Shown: positions 53,721-64,000 of the stretch, one piece after another | Numbering within the stretch: position 1 is the stretch's first letter | Layout of the letters: every line of letters begins with the position of its first letter | Assembly (NCBI GenBank): GCA_937902275.1 | Contig: CALFNW010000087.1 | Location: 2,988-66,987, forward strand | DNA: 64,000 nucleotides | Reading direction: 5' to 3' | Origin: an uncultured Clostridia bacterium | Lineage (GTDB): Bacteria; Bacillota; Clostridia; Oscillospirales; CAG-272 | Notes under the pieces: generated by a model | What the model saw: only the letters and a program-made list of their open reading frames with translations | What the model was told of the DNA's origin: nothing | Database searches by the model: none | Program-made: the position numbers and the translations under genes

Positions 53721-54992
53721 ATGCTTACAGCGATCGCAGGAATAAATTGGGGAGACGAAGGAAAGGGCCGTATGGTCGATCTGCTCAGCGAAAAATACGA
53801 AATCGTAATTCGCTATCAGGGCGGAAACAATGCCGGACATACCGTTATCAACGAGCGCGGAAAATTCATACTTAATCTGCTTCCCTCGGGTATTCTCAGA
53901 AGCAACACGGTCAATGTCATGGGACCCGGCATGGTAATTGACGTAGAGCATCTGTTCAATGAGATCGGCAAGCTGCGCGCTGCCGGAATCGAAATAACGC
54001 CGGAGCATCTGAAGATCAGCGACCGCGCTACGATCTGTATGCCCTATCACAAACTGCTCGACTGTCTTGAAGAAGACCGTCTCGGCGACGCCAAATTCGG
54101 ATCGACCCGCCGAGGTATCGCGCCCGTATATGCTGACAAGTACATGAAAAAAGCGCTCAGAATGGGCGATCTTTTGGATTTTGATTCGATAGAAAAGCGG
54201 CTTCCGTCAATAATCGAGTGGAAAAACCTCACGGTCGAAAAGGGTTACGGTCACGAAGCCCTCAGATACGAAGATATGCTTAAGTGGCTTAAAGACTTCG
54301 GGCTTCCTTTCAAGGATTACATCTGCGATACCACAGAATATCTTGAAAATGCGATCGAGTGCGGCAAAAACATCATGTTTGAAGCCCAGCTCGGCGCGCT
54401 TCGCGATATCGACTTCGGTATCTATCCGTACACCTCATCTTCCTCCACTATCGCCGCATACGCCCCCATCGGCGCCGGCATTCCTTTTGCAAAGCTTGAC
54501 AAGTCGATCGGTATAATGAAAGCATATTCAAGCTGCGTGGGCGAAGGACCGTTCACCTGCGAGCTGTTCGGAGCCGAGGGCGACGAATTAAGAGAAGCCG
54601 GCGGAGAGTACGGCGCGGCTACCGGGCGTCCGAGAAGAGTCGGCGGCTTCGACGTGCCTGCATCACGTTACGGTATCCTTATGCAGGGCGCAGATGAAAT
54701 CGCAATTACCAAGCTTGATGTGCTGTCATATCTCAAAAAAATACCGGTATGCGTAAAATATGATGTGGACGGCAGACTTACCGACCGCTTCCCGTCCGGC
54801 GACGCGCTGAAAAGAGCAAAACCGGTGTACGAGTATCATGACGGCTGGCTTGAGGATATTTCAAACTGCCGCAAGTTCGAGGAGCTTCCCGAAAACGCGC
54901 AGAAATACATTAAGTATATTGCCGAAGCGACCGGGGCAAAAATAAAATACATATCGGTCGGAGCGGACAGAGATCAGTATATAGAGCTTTAA
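53721..54992 (+). CDS. purA: Adenylosuccinate synthetase
   Basis: It starts MLTAIAGINWGDEGKGRMVD with the GGNNAGHT motif. The start is placed after the cassette GGGGA; the ATG at 53706 is also in frame. Confidence 0.9.
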   Translation: MLTAIAGINWGDEGKGRMVDLLSEKYEIVIRYQGGNNAGHTVINERGKFILNLLPSGILRSNTVNVMGPGMVIDVEHLFNEIGKLRAAGIEITPEHLKISDRATICMPYHKLLDCLEEDRLGDAKFGSTRRGIAPVYADKYMKKALRMGDLLDFDSIEKRLPSIIEWKNLTVEKGYGHEALRYEDMLKWLKDFGLPFKDYICDTTEYLENAIECGKNIMFEAQLGALRDIDFGIYPYTSSSSTIAAYAPIGAGIPFAKLDKSIGIMKAYSSCVGEGPFTCELFGAEGDELREAGGEYGAATGRPRRVGGFDVPASRYGILMQGADEIAITKLDVLSYLKKIPVCVKYDVDGRLTDRFPSGDALKRAKPVYEYHDGWLEDISNCRKFEELPENAQKYIKYIAEATGAKIKYISVGADRDQYIEL

Positions 54993-55024
54993 GCTGAGCA
55001 TTTTACCGTTGCACAGCGCAAAAA

Positions 55025-55058
55025 GGCAGAAGCCGTGAAATACGGCTTCTGCCTTTTT
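55025..55058. terminator. Bidirectional intrinsic terminator
   Basis: A 12-bp stem GGCAGAAGCCGT/ACGGCTTCTGCC is flanked by AAAA and TTTTT. It lies between the convergent purA and DUF4091 genes. Confidence 0.75.
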
Positions 55059-55113
55059 ATGTTATATCTTAAATCAAACCGAAAGCCGGCGATGTGTTTA
55101 CGTACGCACCGGC

Positions 55114-56787
55114 TTACGATATTATCGCATGAATTGCCGCTTTGCGAAGCGCTGTAAGCTCGTCCGCCGAAACACGGCACTTCAGACCGATGTTCGGAAT
55201 GTATTCACGGATAAGCGCAAGCACCGACTCGCGCCCGCACTTTGTTTCCATAAGCTTAAAGATCCTGTAGTCCTGCATTGCATCGCGAAACGCCGTAAGC
55301 CTGAGCGACGGCGCGGCTCCGTCTTTGCCGGGGTACACCAAGTAGGAGGTGCCTGCCGGAAAATCCCCGCCCATATCAGGCGAGATACGCGGATCGAAAA
55401 TGCGCCGTGAAAGGCGATTATGGTGCGCATTGAACCCCCAATGCAAAAATCCGTCAAACCCGTACCAATACAGCTGTACTCCGAGCACACGACAACGCGC
55501 AAGCGGCATACCTATCACGCGGTTTGACATATACTCCTTGCTCTGCAGACCTGTAAAATACAACCAAAGCCGCTCCGATTTCCCGATAAAACTCTCAATG
55601 CAGTCGGTTGAAACGATCGGAGTCTGTACCAAGCCCTCTTTATAGAAGCGGTATTCGCCGAGCGCATCGCCGCTGCTGAATCCCGCAAGCTCCGTATGCA
55701 CAAAGTCTGCGGCGCTTTTGTATGTATCAAGCCACTTTTCCGACGGCTCGTCAGACACATGGAAAAAGAAACGTTCCTTTAACCCGTTTTCGACGATATA
55801 CGCTTTCAGCGTCATAAGGTATTCATGCAGGAATCGACGGTACTCGGGATCATCGCCTGCAGTCTCCCACCCGAACAATTTGCGTTCGGCACCCTTTTCC
55901 CTGACGATAATTTTCGGAGCGTGAGCCGCCCCCCACTGAGTAAACAGGTGGCTGTGTTCAAAATATTCCGCACCGCAGTCATGCGCCATACGGATAAACC
56001 GATCAAGCAGACTCAGATCAAACTCATACTTATCGCCGAGTTTTTCGATCTTTATCAGCTGAGTCGTCATGCGTTCTTCACCCACCGGAGTATCGAGCGG
56101 CGGAGTAAACGCCGGAACAAATACGGCATTCTGACCGTTCTGCACCGCAAGCTCTATGTAGCTTCTGACCACATCGAAATAGGCGTCGCTCCACGGCTTT
56201 GTGCCTGATAATACCGCCATGCAGTCATAGTGCATCCAATTTGTCGTGATAATCGACTGTTTCGGAAGAATTCCTTCCAAGAAAGTAACCGTAAGCGTCA
56301 CCTCGCCGAGCTTTTCACGCTCTGTTCTTTCACCGTTCCAGGTAACTCCCGAAGTGAAAAATGATATGCGGATCGGGTATGTTCCGCTCTGCACGGTATC
56401 AAGCCTTTCATTGACATTGAAGAAAAGCGTTCGGTAATATCCGGTAACTGCGGTAAACATTCCGCGCTCAAGCCTTTCGAGGCGGTCGGGATAGATGCCG
56501 CGACCGCTTCTGTCCATCCAATCATCGCCGAAATCATATCCTATGCGCGTCGCCGCCGTCTCCTCAACGGTATAAACGGTGATATATCTTGAGATCGGAG
56601 AATCAAGTTCCGTCACGATTTCAGACGTCGAGCCTGATTCTCCGTCTTGATTTTCACATCTGACCGCGACCTGAAAAGCCGCCGCTTCGTTTGAAAACAC
56701 ACACAGCCCGGAAAGCGCGGGCGGCAGGTCGGACGCATCGGGATATAAAACACTTGATGCGTCGGTCAGGTAAAATTTGTATTTCAT
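55114..56787 (-). CDS. DUF4091-domain protein (GH123-like, leaderless)
   Basis: 557 aa. The N-terminal beta-sandwich-like region (MKYKFYLTDASSVLYPDA...FQVAVRCEN) and central TIM-like region are typical of DUF4091 proteins. The assignment was made by recall only. Confidence 0.45.
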   Translation of the reverse strand: MKYKFYLTDASSVLYPDASDLPPALSGLCVFSNEAAAFQVAVRCENQDGESGSTSEIVTELDSPISRYITVYTVEETAATRIGYDFGDDWMDRSGRGIYPDRLERLERGMFTAVTGYYRTLFFNVNERLDTVQSGTYPIRISFFTSGVTWNGERTEREKLGEVTLTVTFLEGILPKQSIITTNWMHYDCMAVLSGTKPWSDAYFDVVRSYIELAVQNGQNAVFVPAFTPPLDTPVGEERMTTQLIKIEKLGDKYEFDLSLLDRFIRMAHDCGAEYFEHSHLFTQWGAAHAPKIIVREKGAERKLFGWETAGDDPEYRRFLHEYLMTLKAYIVENGLKERFFFHVSDEPSEKWLDTYKSAADFVHTELAGFSSGDALGEYRFYKEGLVQTPIVSTDCIESFIGKSERLWLYFTGLQSKEYMSNRVIGMPLARCRVLGVQLYWYGFDGFLHWGFNAHHNRLSRRIFDPRISPDMGGDFPAGTSYLVYPGKDGAAPSLRLTAFRDAMQDYRIFKLMETKCGRESVLALIREYIPNIGLKCRVSADELTALRKAAIHAIIS

Positions 56788-57016
56788 AAGCGCACCTCAA
56801 TATATCGAAAAAAGTTTTATCGATAGTGTATTTACTTCATAACTTATATCATGAATTGCAGAACAAGTCAATCTTTTGCGCTTCAAAGAGCAGAATTTTG
56901 CAGAATAGCAGCAAAAAAGGAGCCGCCGTCAAAGGAAGCTCCTTGAAATTTCTTTTTTTGCATTTGCACATCCGACGATGAACGCGCTTTCGGGAATAAA
57001 TCCACAAGCCTAAATG

Positions 57017-57135
57017 CATAATAATATCCATACCGCACAGGGCGGCAAAAAACAAACACGAGACTTTCGTGCAGACTGCGGCACGAAAATTGAAAAAATA
57101 ACTTCGCTCGGCAGAAATTGCACTTTTGCGATATG
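57017..57135 (-). repeat. Structured intergenic repeat, long form, orphan copy
   Basis: The minus strand ends ...GCCGCCCTGTGCGG-TATGGATATTATT-ATG (57019), but only a 56-codon low-quality ORF follows. The upstream part (CGCAAAAGTGCAATTTCTGCCGAGCGAAGTTATTTTTTCAATTTTCGTGCCGCAGTC...) resembles other long copies. Confidence 0.45.
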
Positions 57136-57136
57136 C

Positions 57137-57661
57137 TTATCTCTTGTTTTTCGCCGAAAGCCGTTCGCAAAGCAAAATGCACACCCGATAAAGCGCCGTG
57201 CATATAACCGTCGCGACCGCACCCTGAAGCAAGTTTCCGGTGACGCCGGCAAGCGCACCGCCGAAGCCGTATGACAACACGACCGATTCATACAGATAAT
57301 ATCCCGCAACCATAATAAGCTCGCAGCAAAGCGCGGCTATTGCGGCGGAAAGCGTTTGATTCAGCTTTTGGGACATTGCTTTGACGAGCAGGCAAAACAC
57401 GACAGCCATAAGCGCCTTTATGATGAATGTTGCCGGGATATATTGGGGAAAACCCGCAAACAGATCGGCAAGCGACGCGCCGATACCGGCAGCGGCAGCG
57501 CCGAAAACCGGTCCGAGCATTCCGGCACCGAGCAGTATAACAGCATCACCGAGATTGGCATATCCGATCGGCAGCGGTATAGATACCATAGCGGTCGCTA
57601 TGCATACCGCCGCAGCCGTAAGCGCGGCAAATATAAGCTTTACTACCTTATCGTTTTTCAT
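57137..57661 (-). CDS. ECF transporter S component (substrate unknown)
   Basis: About 174 aa and polytopic (MKNDKVVKLIFAALTAAAVCIATAMVSIPLPIGYANLGDAVILLGAGMLGP). The start is after the cassette GGAGG. Confidence 0.65.
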   Translation of the reverse strand: MKNDKVVKLIFAALTAAAVCIATAMVSIPLPIGYANLGDAVILLGAGMLGPVFGAAAAGIGASLADLFAGFPQYIPATFIIKALMAVVFCLLVKAMSQKLNQTLSAAIAALCCELIMVAGYYLYESVVLSYGFGGALAGVTGNLLQGAVATVICTALYRVCILLCERLSAKNKR

Positions 57662-57694
57662 CTCAGCCTCCATGTCGGCGAAGCCGACTCAAAC
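57662..57694 (-). repeat. Hairpin-SD-ATG cassette, short form (at ECF S-component start)
   Basis: The minus strand reads GTTTGA, then GTCGGCttcGCCGAC (57674-57688), then ATGGAGGCTGAG, then the ATG at 57661. Confidence 0.65.
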
Positions 57695-57805
57695 CATAAT
57701 CGACGATATCGCTTGCGAAAAAACGCGGGCAAAAAGGCAGAATCATCACCTTTTGCGTTTGTTTTAAACGCAAATTATATGTCTCAGAGCCTTAATATGG
57801 CACTG

Positions 57806-57834
57806 ATTATATCACCGCATATTACAATTGTCAA
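57806..57834 (-). promoter_or_regulatory. Promoter TTGACA-17-TATAAT for the ECF S-component gene
   Basis: The minus strand has TTGACA (57829-57834) and TATAAT (57806-57811). This leaves a leader of about 135 nt. Confidence 0.55.
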
Positions 57835-57961
57835 TAGTGAAATTGAGCAAATTTACAGTATTACAGCGGTGTGAAATTCATCAAGAGTTAACCTTTTGTT
57901 AACCAAAGACCTCTCCGAAAGGTGTAGAATAGATAAAACGCATTTGGGAAAAGAAACCATA

Positions 57962-58204
57962 ATGAAAAACATTTCAAAGCTTTTTTACGCTTTTTCCTGC
58001 TTTACTCAAGCCGGGATCTCGGCAGTAACTCCGATAGTGCTGTGTGTGCTCGCATCCGGCTGGCTGCGCGACCGATTTGCTCTCGGCAATTGGGTAGTAA
58101 TAGTCGGCGCACTGCTTGGCATATGTACCGGATACGTCTGCCTGTTTCGGCTTTTGAAGACGTTTTTCACAGAGCACCGAAGCAACAAAGACAGAAAGGA
58201 TTGA
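57962..58204 (+). CDS. AtpZ/AtpI-family small membrane protein
   Basis: 80 aa with two TM helices (MKNISKLFYAFSCFTQAGISAVTPIVLCVLASGWL...). It is first in the atp operon. Confidence 0.6.
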   Translation: MKNISKLFYAFSCFTQAGISAVTPIVLCVLASGWLRDRFALGNWVVIVGALLGICTGYVCLFRLLKTFFTEHRSNKDRKD

Positions 58205-58212
58205 AGTTTCCC

Positions 58213-58665
58213 ATGGGTATGACCAAAGAACTCAAAGCAAACATCGCAAGAGTCGCTGTCGGTTTATTTGCGGTAGCGGCATTGTCGATTGCAGTCATGG
58301 CGTTCACTCCGTATTTCAACTACACGGCAGTGACCGGAGCATTACTCGGCGCGCTCGGCGCAACGCTTAACTTTTTCTTTCTGGCATTAGCCGTATCAAA
58401 AGCGGTCACCCGGAACGAGAAAGGCGCCTCCGCCTTTGTTCAGGCAACCTACGCCTTCAGATTACTGTTTATGGGCGCAGTTATAGTGCTTGCCCTGCTC
58501 TCACCGTATTTCAACGGATACCTTACGATAATACCGTTTATTTTCATGAGACCGATAATCATGGCGGTAAACGCAATGTTCAATAAAAATCCCGAACGCG
58601 GAACCGATTTTTCAAAAGAGCCGGCATCGGACACCGATCCGTCGGACTCCGAAAACCGAAAATAA
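58213..58665 (+). CDS. atpI: ATP synthase subunit I
   Basis: 150 aa and hydrophobic (MGMTKELKANIARVAVGLFAVAALSIAV...). It lies immediately upstream of atpB. The ORF track extends upstream to 58042 without support. Confidence 0.6.
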   Translation: MGMTKELKANIARVAVGLFAVAALSIAVMAFTPYFNYTAVTGALLGALGATLNFFFLALAVSKAVTRNEKGASAFVQATYAFRLLFMGAVIVLALLSPYFNGYLTIIPFIFMRPIIMAVNAMFNKNPERGTDFSKEPASDTDPSDSENRK

Positions 58666-58712
58666 CGCCGCGGATCGGCGCATAAAATGTCTGCTTCCAA
58701 AGGAGCGAGCAC

Positions 58713-59841
<1,129 letters not shown>

Positions 59842-59887
59842 TAAAGGACAGCCTTTACAGCCTAATAACGAAAGGTGATAATAGCAA

Positions 59888-60382
59888 ATGGGATTTGTCA
59901 GTATTGATGTGTGGACGCTGATCTTCACATGGGGCAATCTGCTTATCCTTTATCTCATTATGAAAAAGATCTTTTTCAAGCCGGTACGCAAAATGATGCT
60001 TGACCGCGAAACCGAGATAAAGGAGCTTTACGACGGCGCCGAAAAAACGCAGAGCGAAGCCGACGCCATGAAGCTTGAATATGAAACCAAGCTTGAAAAC
60101 GCCAAAAATGAAGCAAACGAGATCGTTAAGTCGGCAAGCCACCGCGCGGCGCTCAAAAGCGAAGAAATAATAAACGACGCGCATAAAGAAGCCGCTTCGA
60201 TAATCGAACGTGCCGACAAGCAGATAGAAGCGGACAAAAAGACCGCCGAAAACGAGCTTAAGGATGAGCTTTCCGGAATGGCAGTATCGATCGCCGGCAA
60301 GGTGCTTGAGGAAGAGATCGATCCGGACAAGCATAAAGCGCTTATCGACAGATTTATTGATGAAATGGGTGAAGCAAAGTGA
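59888..60382 (+). CDS. atpF: F0F1 ATP synthase subunit b
   Basis: 164 aa with a single N-terminal TM helix and a long charged helix. Confidence 0.85.
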   Translation: MGFVSIDVWTLIFTWGNLLILYLIMKKIFFKPVRKMMLDRETEIKELYDGAEKTQSEADAMKLEYETKLENAKNEANEIVKSASHRAALKSEEIINDAHKEAASIIERADKQIEADKKTAENELKDELSGMAVSIAGKVLEEEIDPDKHKALIDRFIDEMGEAK

Positions 60383-60915
60383 AGCCGATGCACGAGGAAT
60401 ACGCAGAAGCGTTGTACGAAGTCGCAAAGGAAGATCGGGCGGAAGAATTGTTTTTTGAAGAACTGCATGATATTTGTGCAGCGCTTTCGTCAAATTCCGA
60501 ATATACCAAGCTGCTCGACACGCCCACGCTCTCGCCGGAGCTCAGAGTTTCGCTTGCCGAAAAAGCATTTGCGGACGCTGACGAAAGAATATTGAATTTC
60601 ATTTTGATACTGTGCGAAAAAAAGCATTTTGACCTGTTCGAAAAATGCGTCTGTCATTTTGATAAGCTCTACGACCTCGATCACAACATACTCAGAGCCG
60701 AGGCAGTCAGCGCGTATCCGCTTACCGAGGCTCAGATAAATAAGCTTTGCGGTATACTTTCCGCAAAGACAGGAAAAAACGTGATTCTCAATAACACGAC
60801 AGACTCCTCCGTTATAGGCGGGATCGTACTTCGCTATAACGGAATTCAGATCGACAAGAGCGTTCGCTCTTCGCTTGATACGCTGCGCGAGGAACTTACC
60901 TCACTTGAAGTCTGA
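60379..60915 (+). CDS. atpH: F0F1 ATP synthase subunit delta
   Basis: 178 aa, assigned by operon position and an OSCP-like sequence (YAEALYEVAKE...GGIVLRYNGIQIDKSVR). Confidence 0.85.
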   Translation: MKPMHEEYAEALYEVAKEDRAEELFFEELHDICAALSSNSEYTKLLDTPTLSPELRVSLAEKAFADADERILNFILILCEKKHFDLFEKCVCHFDKLYDLDHNILRAEAVSAYPLTEAQINKLCGILSAKTGKNVILNNTTDSSVIGGIVLRYNGIQIDKSVRSSLDTLREELTSLEV

Positions 60916-60923
60916 AATCATAA

Positions 60924-60954
60924 CTGAGCCGCCTACGGCGGCATTGGAATCATT
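60924..60954 (+). repeat. Hairpin-SD-ATG cassette, short form (atpH/atpA junction)
   Basis: The sequence reads CTGA, then GCCGCCtacGGCGGC (60928-60942), then ATTGGAATCATT, then the ATG at 60955. The hairpin is identical to those at pheA and nadE. Confidence 0.65.
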
Positions 60955-62472
60955 ATGCAGCTAAAAACCGATGAAATCAGCAAAATAATCAAAGATCAGA
61001 TCAGAAACTACCGTAACCATACCGAGGAAAACGAAACGGGCTATGTAGTCAAAGTCGGCGACGGTATCGCTACCGTGCACGGTCTTGAAAAATGCATGGC
61101 AAACGAGCTTGTGGAATTTCCGGGCGGCGAACACGGAATGGCGCTGAACCTGGAAGAAAACTATGTAAGCGTAGTTATACTCGGAAACGACAGCAGCATC
61201 AAAGAAGGCGACCTTGTCAAGCGTACCGGCAAGGTTGTCGAAGTACCGGTGGGCGAGGCACTTATCGGCAGAGTCGTAAACGCGCTCGGCGAGCCTATCG
61301 ACGGCAAAGGCGCGATAAAAAGCAATGAAATGCGTCCGATCGAAAAAAAAGCACCCGGTATAATCGAAAGAAAATCGGTAAGCGTCCCGCTTCAGACCGG
61401 AATCAAAGCTATCGACTCGATGATACCGATCGGCCGCGGTCAGCGTGAGCTTATAATCGGCGACCGTCAGACCGGAAAGACTGCTATCGCCGCCGATACC
61501 ATTATAAATCAAAAAGGTAAAAATATCATCTGCATATACGTGGCTATCGGTCAGAAAAATTCCACCGTCGCCGCGCTTACCGATATGCTTGCGAAAAACG
61601 GCGCAATGGACTACACCATAGTGGTATCCGCATCCGCTTCGGAGCTGTCGCCTATGCAGTATATCGCGCCCTACTCGGGCTGCGCGATGGGCGAATACTT
61701 TATGGAAAAAGGGCGCGATGCGCTCATTATTTACGACGATCTGTCGAAGCACGCCGTCGCATACCGCGCACTCTCGCTTTTGATACGCAGACCTCCAGGA
61801 CGCGAAGCATATCCCGGAGACGTATTCTACCTCCATTCGAGATTGCTTGAACGCGCGGCAAGACTTGCGCCCGAATACGGCGGGGGATCGCTCACCGCAC
61901 TGCCGATAATCGAAACTCAGGCAGGCGACGTTTCCGCATATATACCGACAAACGTAATTTCAATTACCGACGGTCAGATCTTCCTTGAAACCGAGCTTTT
62001 CCACAGCGGAATACGCCCGGCAGTAAACCCCGGCATCTCGGTATCGCGTGTCGGCGGCGCCGCACAGATCAAAGCGATGAAAAAGGTCGCCGGAAAACTT
62101 AAGCTTATATATTCACAGTACCGCGAACTTCAATCTTTCGCGCAGTTCGGCTCAGATCTTGACGCCGATACCAAAGCGCGTCTGGCGCAGGGCGAGCGCA
62201 TTGTCGAGATCCTCAAACAGGGACGCAACACACCGATGCCCGTTGAGCGTCAGGTAGTGATCCTTTTTGCAGTCGTAAACGATCTGCTTGCGGATATCGA
62301 AGTCGGCGATATCCAGACCTTCCAGAATGATTTTCTCGAATATGTCGGTAATACGCATCAGGAAATATTCGACGCGATACTTTCAAGCGGCGAGCTGTCG
62401 GACGAAAATGAAAGCAAGATCAGAGCGGCGCTTGAAGAGTACAAAGCGATCTTCAAAAATGCCAAGGTCTGA
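60955..62472 (+). CDS. atpA: F0F1 ATP synthase subunit alpha
   Basis: 505 aa with Walker A GDRQTGKT. Confidence 0.95.
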   Translation: MQLKTDEISKIIKDQIRNYRNHTEENETGYVVKVGDGIATVHGLEKCMANELVEFPGGEHGMALNLEENYVSVVILGNDSSIKEGDLVKRTGKVVEVPVGEALIGRVVNALGEPIDGKGAIKSNEMRPIEKKAPGIIERKSVSVPLQTGIKAIDSMIPIGRGQRELIIGDRQTGKTAIAADTIINQKGKNIICIYVAIGQKNSTVAALTDMLAKNGAMDYTIVVSASASELSPMQYIAPYSGCAMGEYFMEKGRDALIIYDDLSKHAVAYRALSLLIRRPPGREAYPGDVFYLHSRLLERAARLAPEYGGGSLTALPIIETQAGDVSAYIPTNVISITDGQIFLETELFHSGIRPAVNPGISVSRVGGAAQIKAMKKVAGKLKLIYSQYRELQSFAQFGSDLDADTKARLAQGERIVEILKQGRNTPMPVERQVVILFAVVNDLLADIEVGDIQTFQNDFLEYVGNTHQEIFDAILSSGELSDENESKIRAALEEYKAIFKNAKV

Positions 62473-62491
62473 TCGGAAGGCGGGTTGATTT

Positions 62492-64000
<1,509 letters not shown>

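Noticed and set aside
56849-57055. A small ORF (68 aa; 56 aa from the cassette ATG at 57019) follows an orphan hairpin-SD-ATG cassette.
   Set aside because: Its sequence is Cys/Lys/Leu-rich and runs through a terminator-like hairpin, with no conserved features. It is more likely a cassette copy without a cargo gene. It could be revisited if ribosome profiling shows occupancy.

Overview
This 64-kb window is a chromosomal segment from a Gram-positive, Clostridia-like anaerobe. That placement rests on SLH-anchored surface proteins, a SpoVB/MurJ-type flippase, ECF S-components and AraC/PocR regulators; the organism is not identified. All calls come from reading the sequence and ORF translations by eye; no searches or statistics were run.

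About 53 genes are supported:
- an AraC/PocR-controlled operon with two FAD-dependent oxidoreductases flanking an M14-like peptidase (0.4-5.5 kb)
- a complete shikimate/aromatic amino-acid supraoperon, pheA-aroB-aroC-aroE/K-aroQ-aroA-tyrA-DAHP synthase (6.0-14.3 kb)
- trxB, an ECF S-component, a Nudix hydrolase, an M29 aminopeptidase, a DUF523 protein, sbcDC and a flippase (14.5-24.2 kb)
- an accessory island (24.5-40.1 kb)
- nadE, tRNA/rRNA modification genes, regulators, purB, purA and the F1Fo ATP synthase operon, which runs off the window.

The accessory island holds an SLH-anchored SGNH esterase and a leaderless SGNH/Big_2 esterase. It also holds five tandem leaderless paralogs of a ~500-aa beta-helix module, plus a sixth copy embedded in a 1057-aa signal-peptide/SLH surface protein.

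Three signals stand out:
1. The six-copy beta-helix array, which shows a gene-conversion tract and shared promoter architecture.
2. A dispersed structured repeat family. Its 3' end is a GC hairpin followed by a GGAG-type Shine-Dalgarno and an ATG, and it sits exactly at the translation start of at least 13 unrelated genes, including junctions inside the aro, pur and atp operons.
3. A leader upstream of pheA with a consensus promoter, a Phe/Tyr-rich 59-codon ORF and two tandem intrinsic terminators.

No tRNA, rRNA, CRISPR array, transposase or integrase was recognised.
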